Part shown: in pieces, positions 13,475-25,593 of the stretch
Position numbering within the stretch: position 1 is the first letter of the stretch
Layout of the letters: each line of letters begins with the position of its first letter
Source: Vermamoeba vermiformis
Lineage: Eukaryota
DNA: 64,000 nucleotides
Assembly: GCA_045837725.1 (NCBI GenBank)
Contig: JBEWZL010000235.1
Location: forward strand, 310,001 to 374,000
Direction: 5' to 3'
Notes under the pieces: generated by a model
Seen by the model: the letters and a program-made list of their open reading frames with translations, nothing else
Told to the model about the DNA's origin: nothing
Database searches by the model: none
Program-made: the position numbers and the translations under genes

Positions 13475-14973
13475 ATAAATAACAGAAGATTATTAATAAC
13501 TATCAGCTGTTTTTAGGACTAAATAACGCTTAATAAGAAAAAAGGTCGTCAAAGCTCTGCCTGGTGACGAATAATGTAACAGCTGAATTAATGGTAAGGA
13601 TATAAGAATGTAACTAGAATTATGATATTTACTCTAATTACTAATTTTACTTTATTATGCAGTCGTCGACAATTCCTTTTTTGTACAGGCAAAAGGTTTG
13701 ACTTAGTCCTCACAGCTGATTTGACGCTAAATGTGCGTAATTCATACTGCAGGGTAGATGTGTTGCTTAAAGTATAGCCGTTGATTCAATATTGAACTCA
13801 ATTCGCCTGTGACATGTTTGATGCGGATAAATTGGAATTGGAATTGCACCCAATATGCAAAATCATAATCAATACGGAGTGTAATGCAGAATTATAATCA
13901 AATCAAGCCTATCTTGCGGACGTAAGTCTTCAGAATCAAACTTGCAGCTTTTTCGAAATTTCGTTGAGACTGCGTTCTTTACAAGTTATGACGAATTATG
14001 ACGAATTATTTCATCGATACATATATTAGGGAATAGTAAATTTTGCCTCAGTTGCTATTCAGTTTCGAAAATGACCCAAATGTCAGACCGGGTTGTTCCG
14101 CTTTATTCCTTAAAGTTGTTCCAGTTTACGTCAAGGATTAAAGCATTGTTTAATGCTATTTGCACTATTAAGGACTTCAGGGCATAGAGAAGCTCACTCA
14201 GGTTTAGCACGTTGTCGGAATTCAAAGTCGGAGAGTAAAATCCAATGCGTCGGATAATTGTTTATTTAAACAAGCACGGTTCTTCTAGTATTAATACAAA
14301 TGGAGTGTCTTGATGATTTATCGCCTTGTTAATCTTTTCCGAATAGTTCTGCTGCGATGCACGAGAAAGTGAGCCTTGCTCGTACCCATGCGCTGGAATG
14401 TCGGGATCGCGACCGCCGCTCGAACTAAAAGTGAATTGTGTGCCGGGCATATCTCTCCACATCTGTAATTCCACTATGATGTCTGCATCCGCGGATACTA
14501 ACACATTGCAATTGTAGATGGCTCCGTTCAATACATCAAGTGTTACATTATTGAGTGTAATTTGGTCGAGGGTACCCGGATTAGGTATCACGTTGAGAGC
14601 AGCTGAGTGGTATACTGGACACTTGCTTTTTAACCAGTCAATTTTATGACCGACTTGCGTAATATTAATCTCGTGATTCAAATTTCATTTGTTTGCTATT
14701 CTTTGAAGGTTCACGACCAAATTTGATTCAATTTCGCTATCTCAACAATGACCAACATCACGCCGAAGGTGTCTCTCCAGAGCGTCGTATTCGGCGTCAT
14801 GGCGAACCTGTTACTACTGCTTGAACTACAAGCCTCGTTGGTCCAACAATTTGAACTCGAAACTGTACCTTTTATGCAACGTGGCGCCGTATTAGTTGGA
14901 CTCGGGAGAGATTATAAACCCTTAAGTAAGATCAACTAATCATTTGTTTGAGGAGAACTTTCTAACCGACCGG

Positions 14974-15543
14974 ATGTCAGATGTGTCGAAGGAAATTTGT
15001 GTAGGAGCTTGGTCTTGCTTGCTAAAGAGTTGCGAGATGTTTACCCAGAACCCTGATAGGCTCAGTTACGTGGCTACTAACCCCTTGGTAAAAGTCTCTA
15101 CATGTCAATTAGGGTTTGATCTGGATAGACTAATAGGTGACGAAGACGCCATGCTCTACCGAAACTCGCAAGCCCTAATTATTGCATCTGGTGTGTTGAT
15201 TGGAGTGCAAGTGGTGTTTGGCATCATAGAGTGCATAGTCATTCGTCGCCGAAGTGCCCCCGAAGAAGCGCCACTCGTCACCAATAATGAACCCCGAAAG
15301 AGTTCTAGAAAATGCGCATGTCTGCCGTGGGGTTACATCGCATTCAATTTGATCGCCAAGGTTTTCTTGGTTGTAGCGACTGGAATCATCATCCACATCA
15401 CGACACATTTTTCCGACGTTCCAGACCCTGCAAAGAGGTGGGAGACGGTCGCCAAAATCTCTTTTATAATTGGTATGCTTGCCGAAGGCACGTCAAGCGT
15501 CTTTCATTCTTGTCGTCGACAGCGCCATAGCGCGGAGTATTAA
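14974..15543 (+). CDS. Intronless hypothetical membrane protein (three predicted TM segments)
   Basis: Open frame with three hydrophobic stretches. The start is uncertain, and the upstream hydrophobic ORF 14748-14939 is in another frame. Confidence 0.4.
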   Translation: MSDVSKEICVGAWSCLLKSCEMFTQNPDRLSYVATNPLVKVSTCQLGFDLDRLIGDEDAMLYRNSQALIIASGVLIGVQVVFGIIECIVIRRRSAPEEAPLVTNNEPRKSSRKCACLPWGYIAFNLIAKVFLVVATGIIIHITTHFSDVPDPAKRWETVAKISFIIGMLAEGTSSVFHSCRRQRHSAEY

Positions 15544-16177
15544 CGCGTTAATCTGTATATATTTGTCTATATAAAGAGCCTTCGGGTCCGACTATTGCGT
15601 AAATGTTTGATGAAAGTTGATTGTAGAAGGCAGCGGACCCTTCTGAACTCATTTCGAAATACCGAAATTAAATGGAACGTGGCGATCTTGCCAATGTCTT
15701 GACTATGTACTCATAACAGAACTAACTCTACTCTGCTATGGTATTCCAGCCACAAGGCCATAGTGCATCGCTCAGTTTTATCCTCGTTTAATCGCATTTC
15801 TACTCCGTTCCGGATCTGACGTCTTGCCTTGGTCAAGGAAAATTCTCAAGAGCCTTTTTTTAGCAGGCGCTTCGAAATTTCGTGACGTGCATACTTTATC
15901 TTACAATCGAGTCACACGGTGCATTCCCTACGAGAACTAGATCCACTAAAGGATTGGCATGACATGTGCACGTACCGTAATTCAGCAGCTGACAGGTCAG
16001 ATCGAGCGCGGTACTCGTGGCAGCTGCTGAGTTATTGATTTGCGGGGACTGTAACCGAACTAACCTGAACCTGAAATTAAGGCCAGATTTCTTGGTTTGG
16101 TTGGGCTTGGAAGTCCTAATTTAACGTTTATTTAAATAGCACTACTAGGCGTAATGCGATATCTATCTTGCAAAGGC

Positions 16178-16952
16178 TTAGAACAACAAAGAGAAGATAG
16201 CAACCAAAGCGGCCAAGATCATGCTAATTGAAGCGTTAGCGCTAGAGCTGTTGCAGGTGCAACTATTAAAGCAAAATTAGTAAGTCTATTTTAATATTTA
16301 AATAATGGTATAATTATCGACGCAAAGCCGTCAAGGTTGTGTAGGTTTTGGGACACTTACTAAGCGGATGTGAGAGTAGCATTAACACATTGATCCAACT
16401 TAGCATCAGTAGTAATGGCGGGTTTTACTATAATGATATTAATCAGTATTGTGAGCGAAGCGTAATTTCCAGAGCGATCGTAAAAATAATTTTTAACTTT
16501 GAAGATATCCAAACTTGACTAAATCAAAATTAAGCGGCATATAAGTGATATTAATAGCTATTTTCTAACTATATGAATTTAGCTTTTAATTATTCAAGTA
16601 TCTTCGCGCAATATTTTTCGATCAGATTTCTTTTTCAAACAAAATCGCAAATGATTCGCGTAAATAGCCCTATAAATAATATGCTATGTACATATTTATA
16701 AAACTTACCGGTTCCGCAAGTGTCAGCATCGTATTCCTTGACGCTCATCTTGCCGTTTTGACAGTCGATTATCCAAGACTTAGTTACAGTATTGAGGGCG
16801 AATGTAGTGCACGTAGCAGTGGCTGGTACAAATCCTGCGGAACTAGAATCGACACATCCGTCGCCATTGTAATAAGTGCAGCCAAGCTGGCGAGCGGCGT
16901 TAGCCACGGCGAAGAAGACGCAAGCAACGAGAAGAATATACGACACGCGCAT
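16178..16952 (-). CDS. Small Cys-rich secreted, probably GPI-anchored protein
   Basis: Signal peptide MRVSYILLVACVFFAVANA. Three exons. C-terminal SSSANASISMILAALVAIFSLLF* resembles a GPI signal. Confidence 0.8.
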
Positions 16953-17582
16953 TGTAGAGGAGGTGTGTGGTGTTGTGTGCGGTAATTGTTCGAATTTAAT
17001 GTGCATGCAACTACACAGAGATTTGTTCGTGAAAAAATCGGCTGACATTATGACACTTTGACGTTTGACAGCCACGTGCGACCTGCGACTACGAAACAAC
17101 AATTTCATGTTTCGGTCATAACGAAGGAGCACCACATTTCATACGACCAGTGACATCATGCTAGCTAGAGTTGTTCTCATTTTTCTTCAGGCTTTCTACG
17201 GGAAGTTATTTGTTTGATGGTCGTTGTAGGATAAGATTGGAATCAGAACGCAAGGCAGATCAACCGACGAAGATACTCTTAAGAGTTCGGAGTTTAGGTT
17301 TAGGAGACTCTACGAGAATAGCAATTGACAAGTCACCGGCGAATTTCCGGAAATTGACACTCGTGCGATTTTACCGTCCTGTTATTGTAAACAGTTGACA
17401 GCGTAAACACAGAACTATCATTTCATTAGATATATTTTGGCTGCAATAAAGTCTGCGTAATGCAGCTGGCATCGAAGAAACTGTTGTAGTTTTGTAAAAA
17501 GGTGGGTTCCTTTGGCCTTTAGACGGTCTAATAAAATTAACCAAATTAATGAATATTATTATATTACTGCAGGATACAAGCT

Positions 17583-19477
17583 ATGGATAATTTACCAACG
17601 GAGATAATTCTACTAATTTTTCGACTTATTTATTCAAGAGACGAAATCGAGCCCTTACAACACATTACACGTATTGGGGCAATTAACAAATTTATTCATC
17701 ATGTAGAATTAAAATTTTGGAACCAACGATTGATTTACCGAAACGGATCTCGCTTAGCTGGCGTATTACGAAAGTTTAAAGTATGTAAAGCAATATTATA
17801 TTGTTTATTACGAATTTAACAAGCATTAATAGAACCCGAAATTAACATATTTCGGAAATTATTTTGGATGTACGACTTGCGGCCAATTTGCGACCTTTCG
17901 TTGCAAAAAATGCCCGAATATCGGATGTGAAGATTGTTATACGAACAAAATAGCTTGCGAGTGCATCAGATTTGATGGAATTTATACTCACAAAAACAAG
18001 TTCGTGTGTCAAGATCACAAGGGGAGCTGGCAATGCTGTCAATGCTCTGCACCACTATGCAGTGATTGTTTCAACATGTGTTGGATGTGTCAGATGATTT
18101 TTTGTGAAAAATGCATATACAAAGATGATGATTATCCGGGAGATCACTGCGGATCTTGTTACGAACCACAGGACGATCCGCATATAGGTAAGATACCACA
18201 TTATTCAAGCATTAGTAATAATCATTTTCTTATTATAGGCGATCAAGTAGTGCCTTACTTGACGGACTTACCGCCAGAAATACTGTTGAACATCTTTCAA
18301 TTCATTTTCAGTCGCAGATCCACTCCGCTCATTGACCGTGTCAAGCAAGTCACTCGTTTAGGAGCTACGAGCATAGTCTTATATGGAGCAGAAAGATTTT
18401 TTTGGACAACAGCCATGTTTCAGGAAACAGGTGTCATGTGGCCACAGATCCAGGTATGCCAAAAAGTGTCATAATCTCCGATAAAAGTTTAGTAGCATCA
18501 ATCGTACTAATATATATTCGTTCATATAGCCGCATACATATCACTTCGACGTAAAACAATCGTCAAAAATTCTCTACGCATTGGACGTCACGAACATGCC
18601 TGTCAAATTACGCGTAAGTTTCGTTCATGAATGGCGAGGTTTTCATGAATCCAACCGTCTAATTTACTCAAAGACCAATCCAAAAGAAGTACTCTTGTAC
18701 AGCAAGTTCAGTTGTCAGCAGTGCGGTCAAAAAGCAGTTTTAACTGAATGCAAAAAATGTCAAATGCAAGTGTGCAATTATTGCGGTCACGAGCGTCAAT
18801 GTCACTGCACCGAATTCTTTCCCAGCGATGATTTTTTGTGCTATTATTGTCATTTCCGATGTCACATGTGCAAGCGAGATTTGTGCCCGGCTTGCATTGG
18901 TTTGTGTCGCTATTGCAGGTTGTTTTTTTGTCGCGATTGTCACGTCAAACGACACGAAACCTGCAGACGATCATCGCTATTACCACAAGGGGAATGGCAA
19001 TATGCCTCAGCAATTGAAAGTGACAGTTACAGCGATAGTGATTATTATTCCGATAGTCATGTGGAGTCAATAAGCACTTGTATTCAATGTCAAGATGATA
19101 TTGAAGATGAAGAAGATGTTGGTCACTGTTCATCGTGCGAATATTACAACGAGATTAACTCGTACAAATTGTGCAAGAAATGCATTGACACGTGTCAAAT
19201 CTGTCAACAAGAGTACTGCACGAACTGCATGATCTTGTATCACGAGCCATGTGAGCAGTGGAAGCTGTGTCCCTCGTGCAAAAGTGAAGTGTCAAAGCTG
19301 GATCGATGCGTCGAGTGCAGTTCTGACAGTTGTTGCGAGTTTTGCCTTCACTTGTGCAAGGTATGTTTGGTGCCTATATGTGAAAGGTGCCTTGTCGAAT
19401 GTAAGCAAGGAGATGGCGACGGTTGGATATGTAATGGTTGTGCAAGAACGGTGCCAGATCCAATGCAGATCGACTGA
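17583..19477 (+). CDS. Double F-box protein with CxxC-rich repeat arrays
   Basis: MDNLPTEIILLIF...LKFW and TDLPPEILLNIF...RFFW, each followed by dense CxxC/CxxCxxC arrays. Exons splice in frame. Confidence 0.75.
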
Positions 19478-19634
19478 CCTCGGATCTAGAATAAAGCCCT
19501 ATTTAACGTAAGAATCAAATAATCATTTTTAAATAAGTACGTTTTATTAGAATTTCCGTTCCTACGGGCTATTATTGACCGATTCTTTTTCTCTCTTCGA
19601 ATGTAAGATGAAGGTAAATTTTATCTAAGTTTAA

Positions 19635-21777
19635 ATGGAGCGCAACAATAAGGAAAAAGAGCAAACAGAACGCAAAAAAAGTAATGGACGAAAGAAAAAT
19701 ACAGTGGCTTATCCCGATGACGGGGAATTGGCGCCTGATTTAGTTGTGCCTGATCCCACGACGCTCATTCCTTGGGACTCTTTAACTGAAGGTAAGTTAA
19801 TTATTTGATCGGTATTGATGTAGTATAAATATGAAACTTATCGCTAAGCATCAACTTCTTGTGAAATTAGCAAGATCAGTCTTTCCAAAAATTCTAAATA
19901 ATTATTTAATATCAAAATAATGCTTATATCTATCATTATAAAGTTAGTTTTACAGTACGGTAAATTAAATAATTAAAGAAATTTAAATTTCCAAACGGTC
20001 AGTTTCCTTTAGCTAAGATTTTTCTCCTAGGTGCATCTAATCGCGCTATTGGCACTGGTATTACATCAACTATTTATGCGATGAAATGGAGCAGAAAAAT
20101 CGGCGAAGAAACAGTCCTAGAAGATGTCGCCGTTAAAGTTTTCGATCTGACTCAAGATCGCAAACAGAACGTCTGGTCTTGGAATCACGAAGATACGTTA
20201 TACACGTAAGTACTATAATCATACTATATAATTTTCTATTTGCGGGTTTCTGTTATTGCCCCTGAATAGATTTAAATTTCGGATCTAGTCTTTTAATTTC
20301 TCTGCCGTACTACGCGCGACATCAAATGTGATCGCAAACATAGAACAGAATAGTAATATGATTGATATGAGTATTCATTAACTCTTTTCAGTCGTACATC
20401 CGAACAATAATTCTTTCGCAAGATGACCGTAACTACTATAATCTGTCTATATGATCCTTTTTGACTTTTGATAAAAAAATAACGGCGATTGAGTCAATGA
20501 GCAGATCTAATGTTTTGTGCGCACTGAGTTTGCAGGCTAAGGCACACAAGACACGTTAAGAAATTCATCAAAGTGTGCTTCCAATACACCACAGGGGTTT
20601 GTATGTAGTTACCCCCGCCAGGCTTCGATCCTGGTCCTCCCGATTATGAGTCGAAGATGAATTCCTTAGTTAACCCGCTCGGACAGACATGAGAGCGCCG
20701 TGCTGGCCTTGACGCTTCGTAGGAGGTCGTTCAAAAGTCAAAGGAGCCATATTGACTTTGTAGTAGTCGCGGTCCTGCTTTCGAAAGAATTTTGTTCGGA
20801 TGTACCTGCGAAAAACTACAGAATTCTGCTTTGATCGACTTCTTAGTTGGATTATTCTAAGAATTTAATTCGTTTTAGTTTCATTTGGTTATTAATACTT
20901 TCTTTAATGTCCCAGGACCATCGGCGAAAATGAAAATTTGGTGAGGTACTGGGGCCGAGGCATCAAAAACAACAACGTAATTTTCCTTGTATTTGAACTA
21001 GCGACAGTCGGGTATTTATGGAACCTTATTGCTATGCGAGGAAGAGACAATAGAAAATTAAAAAGTCAACAGCCGACACCCTTACATGACGAGGTGTTTC
21101 CGGACTTGCAGTGGCTCAACATTATTCACGACATTGCTAAAGGTACACTTTATATATTATACCCGTCAGTCTAACGTTAATTAATACCAAATTAGGAATG
21201 AAATTTCTCAGCGAAAATCAAATTATTCACCGAGACTTGACTGTAAAAAATATTTTAGTTTTCCGAGATCGCGTTGGCAACTATAACGCTAAAGTTGCAG
21301 ACCTAGGATTAGCTAGTGTAAGCTTATTATAGTATTCTATAATATGAACGAACGATATTAACGATATTGTAGTTTGTACATAGTGATGAAAGTATATTGC
21401 GCGGATCCACCAGGCATTACGCACCAGAATCAATTCAATCAAAAGAAAAGGGATCTTATACTAGTAAATCCGATGTATTTATGTTCGCTAACATAATTCA
21501 CGAGATGGGAGTAAGTCCGATTACCATAAAAGGAAATTTTTTCTTACCATATTTTTCACAGCATGGCCGAGATATTTTCAGAACTTATTCAACGCTACAA
21601 GTACGAGATTTAGTTGTTAAAGGCGAACGACCCGAATTTGAAGTTATTTATAGAGACGATATTGAGACGCTAATGCGCAATTGTTGGCATCCAGATCCAA
21701 AACAACGACCGTCGTTTTTTGATATTTGTTATACTCTAGAACAACTAATAGAAAAGATAGCAAATGAAAATAAATAA
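19635..21777 (+). CDS. TKL-group protein kinase
   Basis: IGTGITSTIY, VAVK, HRDLTVKNILV, DLGLA, RGSTRHYAPE, SDVFMF and CWHPDPKQRPSF are recovered across introns. Confidence 0.9.
20610..20727 (-). ncRNA. Initiator-tRNA-Met-like structured element (pseudo-tRNA, SINE head or ncRNA) inside a kinase intron
   Basis: Minus strand reads TTCGA-CTCATAA-TCGGG (CAT anticodon arm), AGGA, CCAGG-ATCGAAG-CCTGG (T arm), CGGGGGT-A. The 5' ACCTCC can pair as an acceptor stem, but the D region is about 45 nt too long. Confidence 0.55.
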
Positions 21778-22054
21778 CTATCAGTTCTATTATACATTAC
21801 ACAATTAATTATTACTGTTGTGCTAGATCGGTACGCACGTCCGTGATTTGAGATGACTTTCACGTACATATTATTCGGTTGCTTTTGCTTATGCGGCCAT
21901 AGAGTGCCTTGGATGTGAGAGTTTTTACTTGTGAGCGCTCTTTTGTGGAGAACTGGACGTACATGAACTTGAAATGTCACTTGAATTTTCGATCCAAAAG
22001 TTTTTTGTTCGAGAACGTTCGTTTTCGGCGTATTCGTTATATTTGTTGCGAACA

Positions 22055-25000
22055 ATGAGCAAGACACATCTTATATTTATAACACTGGCGTTTGCCGTGT
22101 TTGCAGTGAGTGCTCGCGTTTTTGTCGAGTTCGAAAAGAACATCCAGATTCCCAATGGTTGGAAACGGGTGGATCACGCTAGAAGCGATCAAAGAGTGCA
22201 ATTGACTTTTGCTTTGAAGCAAAAGAATGTTGACAAGCTTGAAGTAAGGCACATCCAGATATTTTTAATGAGAATATCTAGATATTTTTAAATTATAGAT
22301 AAAACGTGAATAATATTAATTTTGATATTACACTTTAAATATAAGACGTGCTATATTATTTTTAACTAATAAATGTATTTAGCAAATTTTTTGGGAAGTT
22401 TCTGATCCCGCCCATCCAAAATACGGTAAGCAATACTTAGTTTACGAATTTTAAAATATTATTACGATATGGTATTGCATTGAGTGAACATACCACGCTC
22501 GATTGGTTCTATTGTGCTATTTTGGTGCCTACATCTGAAACTAAATAAATTCCACGCCAACAGGCAAACATCTGAGCCTCAAACAAGTGGCTGAATTGGT
22601 TAGCCCTGGTAAAGAAGTTGTGGACAAGGTGGTCGCATGGCTCGCATCTCACGGTGTAACCAAGTACTCGATCCCTGTCACGCAAGATTTCGTCAAGGTT
22701 ACCGTTACAGCGAAAAAGGCCTCAGAATTGTTGGCCACTAGCTTCCACCAATTCGTGCACCATGGTACTGGTAAGTATACTTCTAACAAATAAGGCTGCT
22801 GTCTTTAATGGGACTTTTTTGGCGGATTTGGATCGTCCACTGAAAATTCAACTAGTTGACGTTATATTACCTAGGCAAGCGTACTGTACGTGCCATTCAA
22901 CCCTACTCGTTGCCTGAGGATATTGCTCCTCTCATTGACATCGTTGGTGGTGTTCACAGATTCCCTCGTAAGTTGGATGCGCCTTAAAACTCATACTTTG
23001 CCGCTAATTCTAATTTAATTCGAGTAATATGCTAACGTACGTTCATATTTTTAGAATTGAACCGTCTCAAGTACAGATCTGACAAGGATATCGATGTTGT
23101 TCCTTCGAGCGTTGCTCCTACTTCCAACTCGCCCATGATGGTCTATTTGCAAGCTGGTGATGCTGAATTAGGTGCTTTGTTCTTGGTTAGATGCAAGGAT
23201 GGTACGTTCTACTGCTTTAAAATAAGACCTGAATGGTCGATCGAAAGATCCGGATTTGTTTAGTTATTAATTTCTTTCCTTTAATAGGATCTAACGCTAT
23301 GGACGCTTCTTCTCCTTGCTTTAACAAGGGCGATACCGTTGCTTCCTTCCAATTCTCTGCTGTTAACCCAAGCATGGTACGGGATTGCTCGCAAATTCGT
23401 TTTAAACTACGTATTTTCGTTGAACGAGCCCTCATATATTATACTACAGACTACTCAGACTATGAACGTCCCCTTCAACAAATTGCAATGCGCTCAATGC
23501 CGCAACTGGGGTGGAAACTTCAATGCCAAGTGTAACGCTACTGATACCCGTAAGTATCGCTCAATAAGCTCTTATAATCCTATTGGTGTCATATATACGA
23601 TACATATACTCATATTCAAACTAGAATTTGGCTATTCTGATAGTTCTGTCTACTGCTTCTACGCATTCAACAACTTGCCCAACTACGTTCCTTTGAACTA
23701 CACCATTACCACTATTTACGGTAGCGGTGCTCAAAGCAGCCCTTACTCTTATGGTGCTCCTATCTATTTGTCAAGGTAAGACCTTTGGGCTTTGTTTTCT
23801 ACGCGATCTGATGTTGTAATGCAGCCGGATCGACCCAATTTTCGTTCTGAAATTAAATTTCTGTGTTTCTAAAGCATTATACTAACAATTATATACAGAT
23901 GGGTCTTGCCTCAAACTCTTCAACAGACTTACGGCGTTCCTCTTGGTTTGACCAACAGAAACCCTTTCAACCAAGGTCAAGTACGTAATTTGAGCCTTAA
24001 AAGTGCCTTATATGATAGTATTAATTAATACTTAATTTATGTAGTCCGTTTCTGAGTTTTTGGGCGAGTACTACAGCCCTGCAGATCTTACTCAATTCTT
24101 CGCCTTGGCTGGTCTTACTGACGAGAAAGTTGATTATGTCTTCGGTCCTAATGACGCCAACAACCCTGGTGGCGAGGCTAGCTTGGATATTCAAGTAAGT
24201 CATTCACAAAATATTTTTTTTCAGATCGCGTGACCACGTAGATCTGACGAACTTTTACGCTTTTGTGAATGAAGGCAATGACTAACTAATACTTATAGTA
24301 CTTGATGGGTGTCTCCCGCAACGTTACTACCTGGTTCTTGAGCTATGGTGATTTGCACGAGGGTCAAGAACCCTTCTTGGAGTGGCTCACTCAATTGACC
24401 AACACCGAAGTTGTTCCATTCGTTCACAGCACTAGCTATGCCGATGAAGAAACTACTTTGACTATGAGCTATATGAACCGAGTTAACGTCGAATTGATTA
24501 AGAACGGCGCTCGTGGCTTGTCTTTCTTGTTCTCGGCTGGTGACGATGGCGTCGGTGGCTACACGTTGAGAAACAACCCTGATGGTTGCAACATCTTCCA
24601 GCCCGAGTTCCCCAGCAGCAGTCCTTATGTCACAGCCGTCGGTGGCACGCAGTACATGACCAACATTTACCCGATCTGCCATAAGGTCCAGTTCGGCGAG
24701 TCGTTCCAGTGCAATGAGGTCGGCGAGGTTGCTAGCAGCTCTTTGACTGGCAGCAGAATCACGACTGGTGGTGGATTCAGCATCAACTTTGGACGTCCTC
24801 AATACCAAGCTGAAGCTGTCAACACTTTCTTGACTACTCAAGCTGCTAACTTGCCTTCGAGCTACTACTACAACGCGAGCAACAGAGGCTATCCTGACAT
24901 CTCTGCTATTGTACGTAATCATCGTATTTATGTCATTCATGTGTTAATATATTGTGCCCGTAGGCTCACAACTACTTGGTTATTATTGCCGGTCAAATCG

Positions 25001-25502
25001 TTCCTGTTGGTAAGTTTGATTTGGATAAAGTTGGTGGATCGCGCGGATCTAAAGCAAATTTTTTCATGCAGACGGCACTTCTGCCAGCACACCTGTTGTG
25101 GCTGCTCTGCTCACTCTTCTGAACGACTATCAACTCTCTCAAGGCCGTGCTCCTTTGGGCTTCGTCAATCCCTTGTTGTACTCGATTGCCAAGACCAACC
25201 CTGAGGCTTACTTTGGTACGTCTATTCTTGTCAACTACGCCTCTAACGTGACTTTTACTGACTAATTTTATCGCTAGACGTCGTTGTCGGTGAAAACAGA
25301 TGCTCTGCTATTCCCACTGACTGCTGCGCTGAGACTTTCAACGCTGCTCCTGGCTGGGATCCCGTAAGTTTTAGCGTCATTGATCGAATTACTATGCAGT
25401 ATATTAACTCTTATTAATATATAGGTCACTGGTCTCGGTACTCCCAACTTCCAAATCTTCAAGCAAATGTTGGATCAGATCGGTTCTCGCAAGCATCACT
25501 AA
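22055..25502 (+). CDS. Tripeptidyl-peptidase I / sedolisin (S53) with an inserted domain
   Basis: Signal peptide and pro-domain (LTFALKQKNVDKLE, VSDPAHPKYGKHL). Catalytic motifs GEASLDIQY, SAGDDG, RGYPDISA, GTSASTP and GWDPVTGLGTPNF. Confidence 0.92.
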
Positions 25503-25593
25503 ATGATGACGAAAACAAAAATAAACATCTAACATTAATGTTTTTCCATATTTGGGTATTACAAGTTTTGTTTTAATCTCGTTCAGTGAAAAT

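Noticed and set aside
20610-20727. 5S rRNA or a canonical functional tRNA-Met
   Set aside because: The length is similar to 5S but no 5S motifs are present. No normal D arm can be built and there is no terminator.
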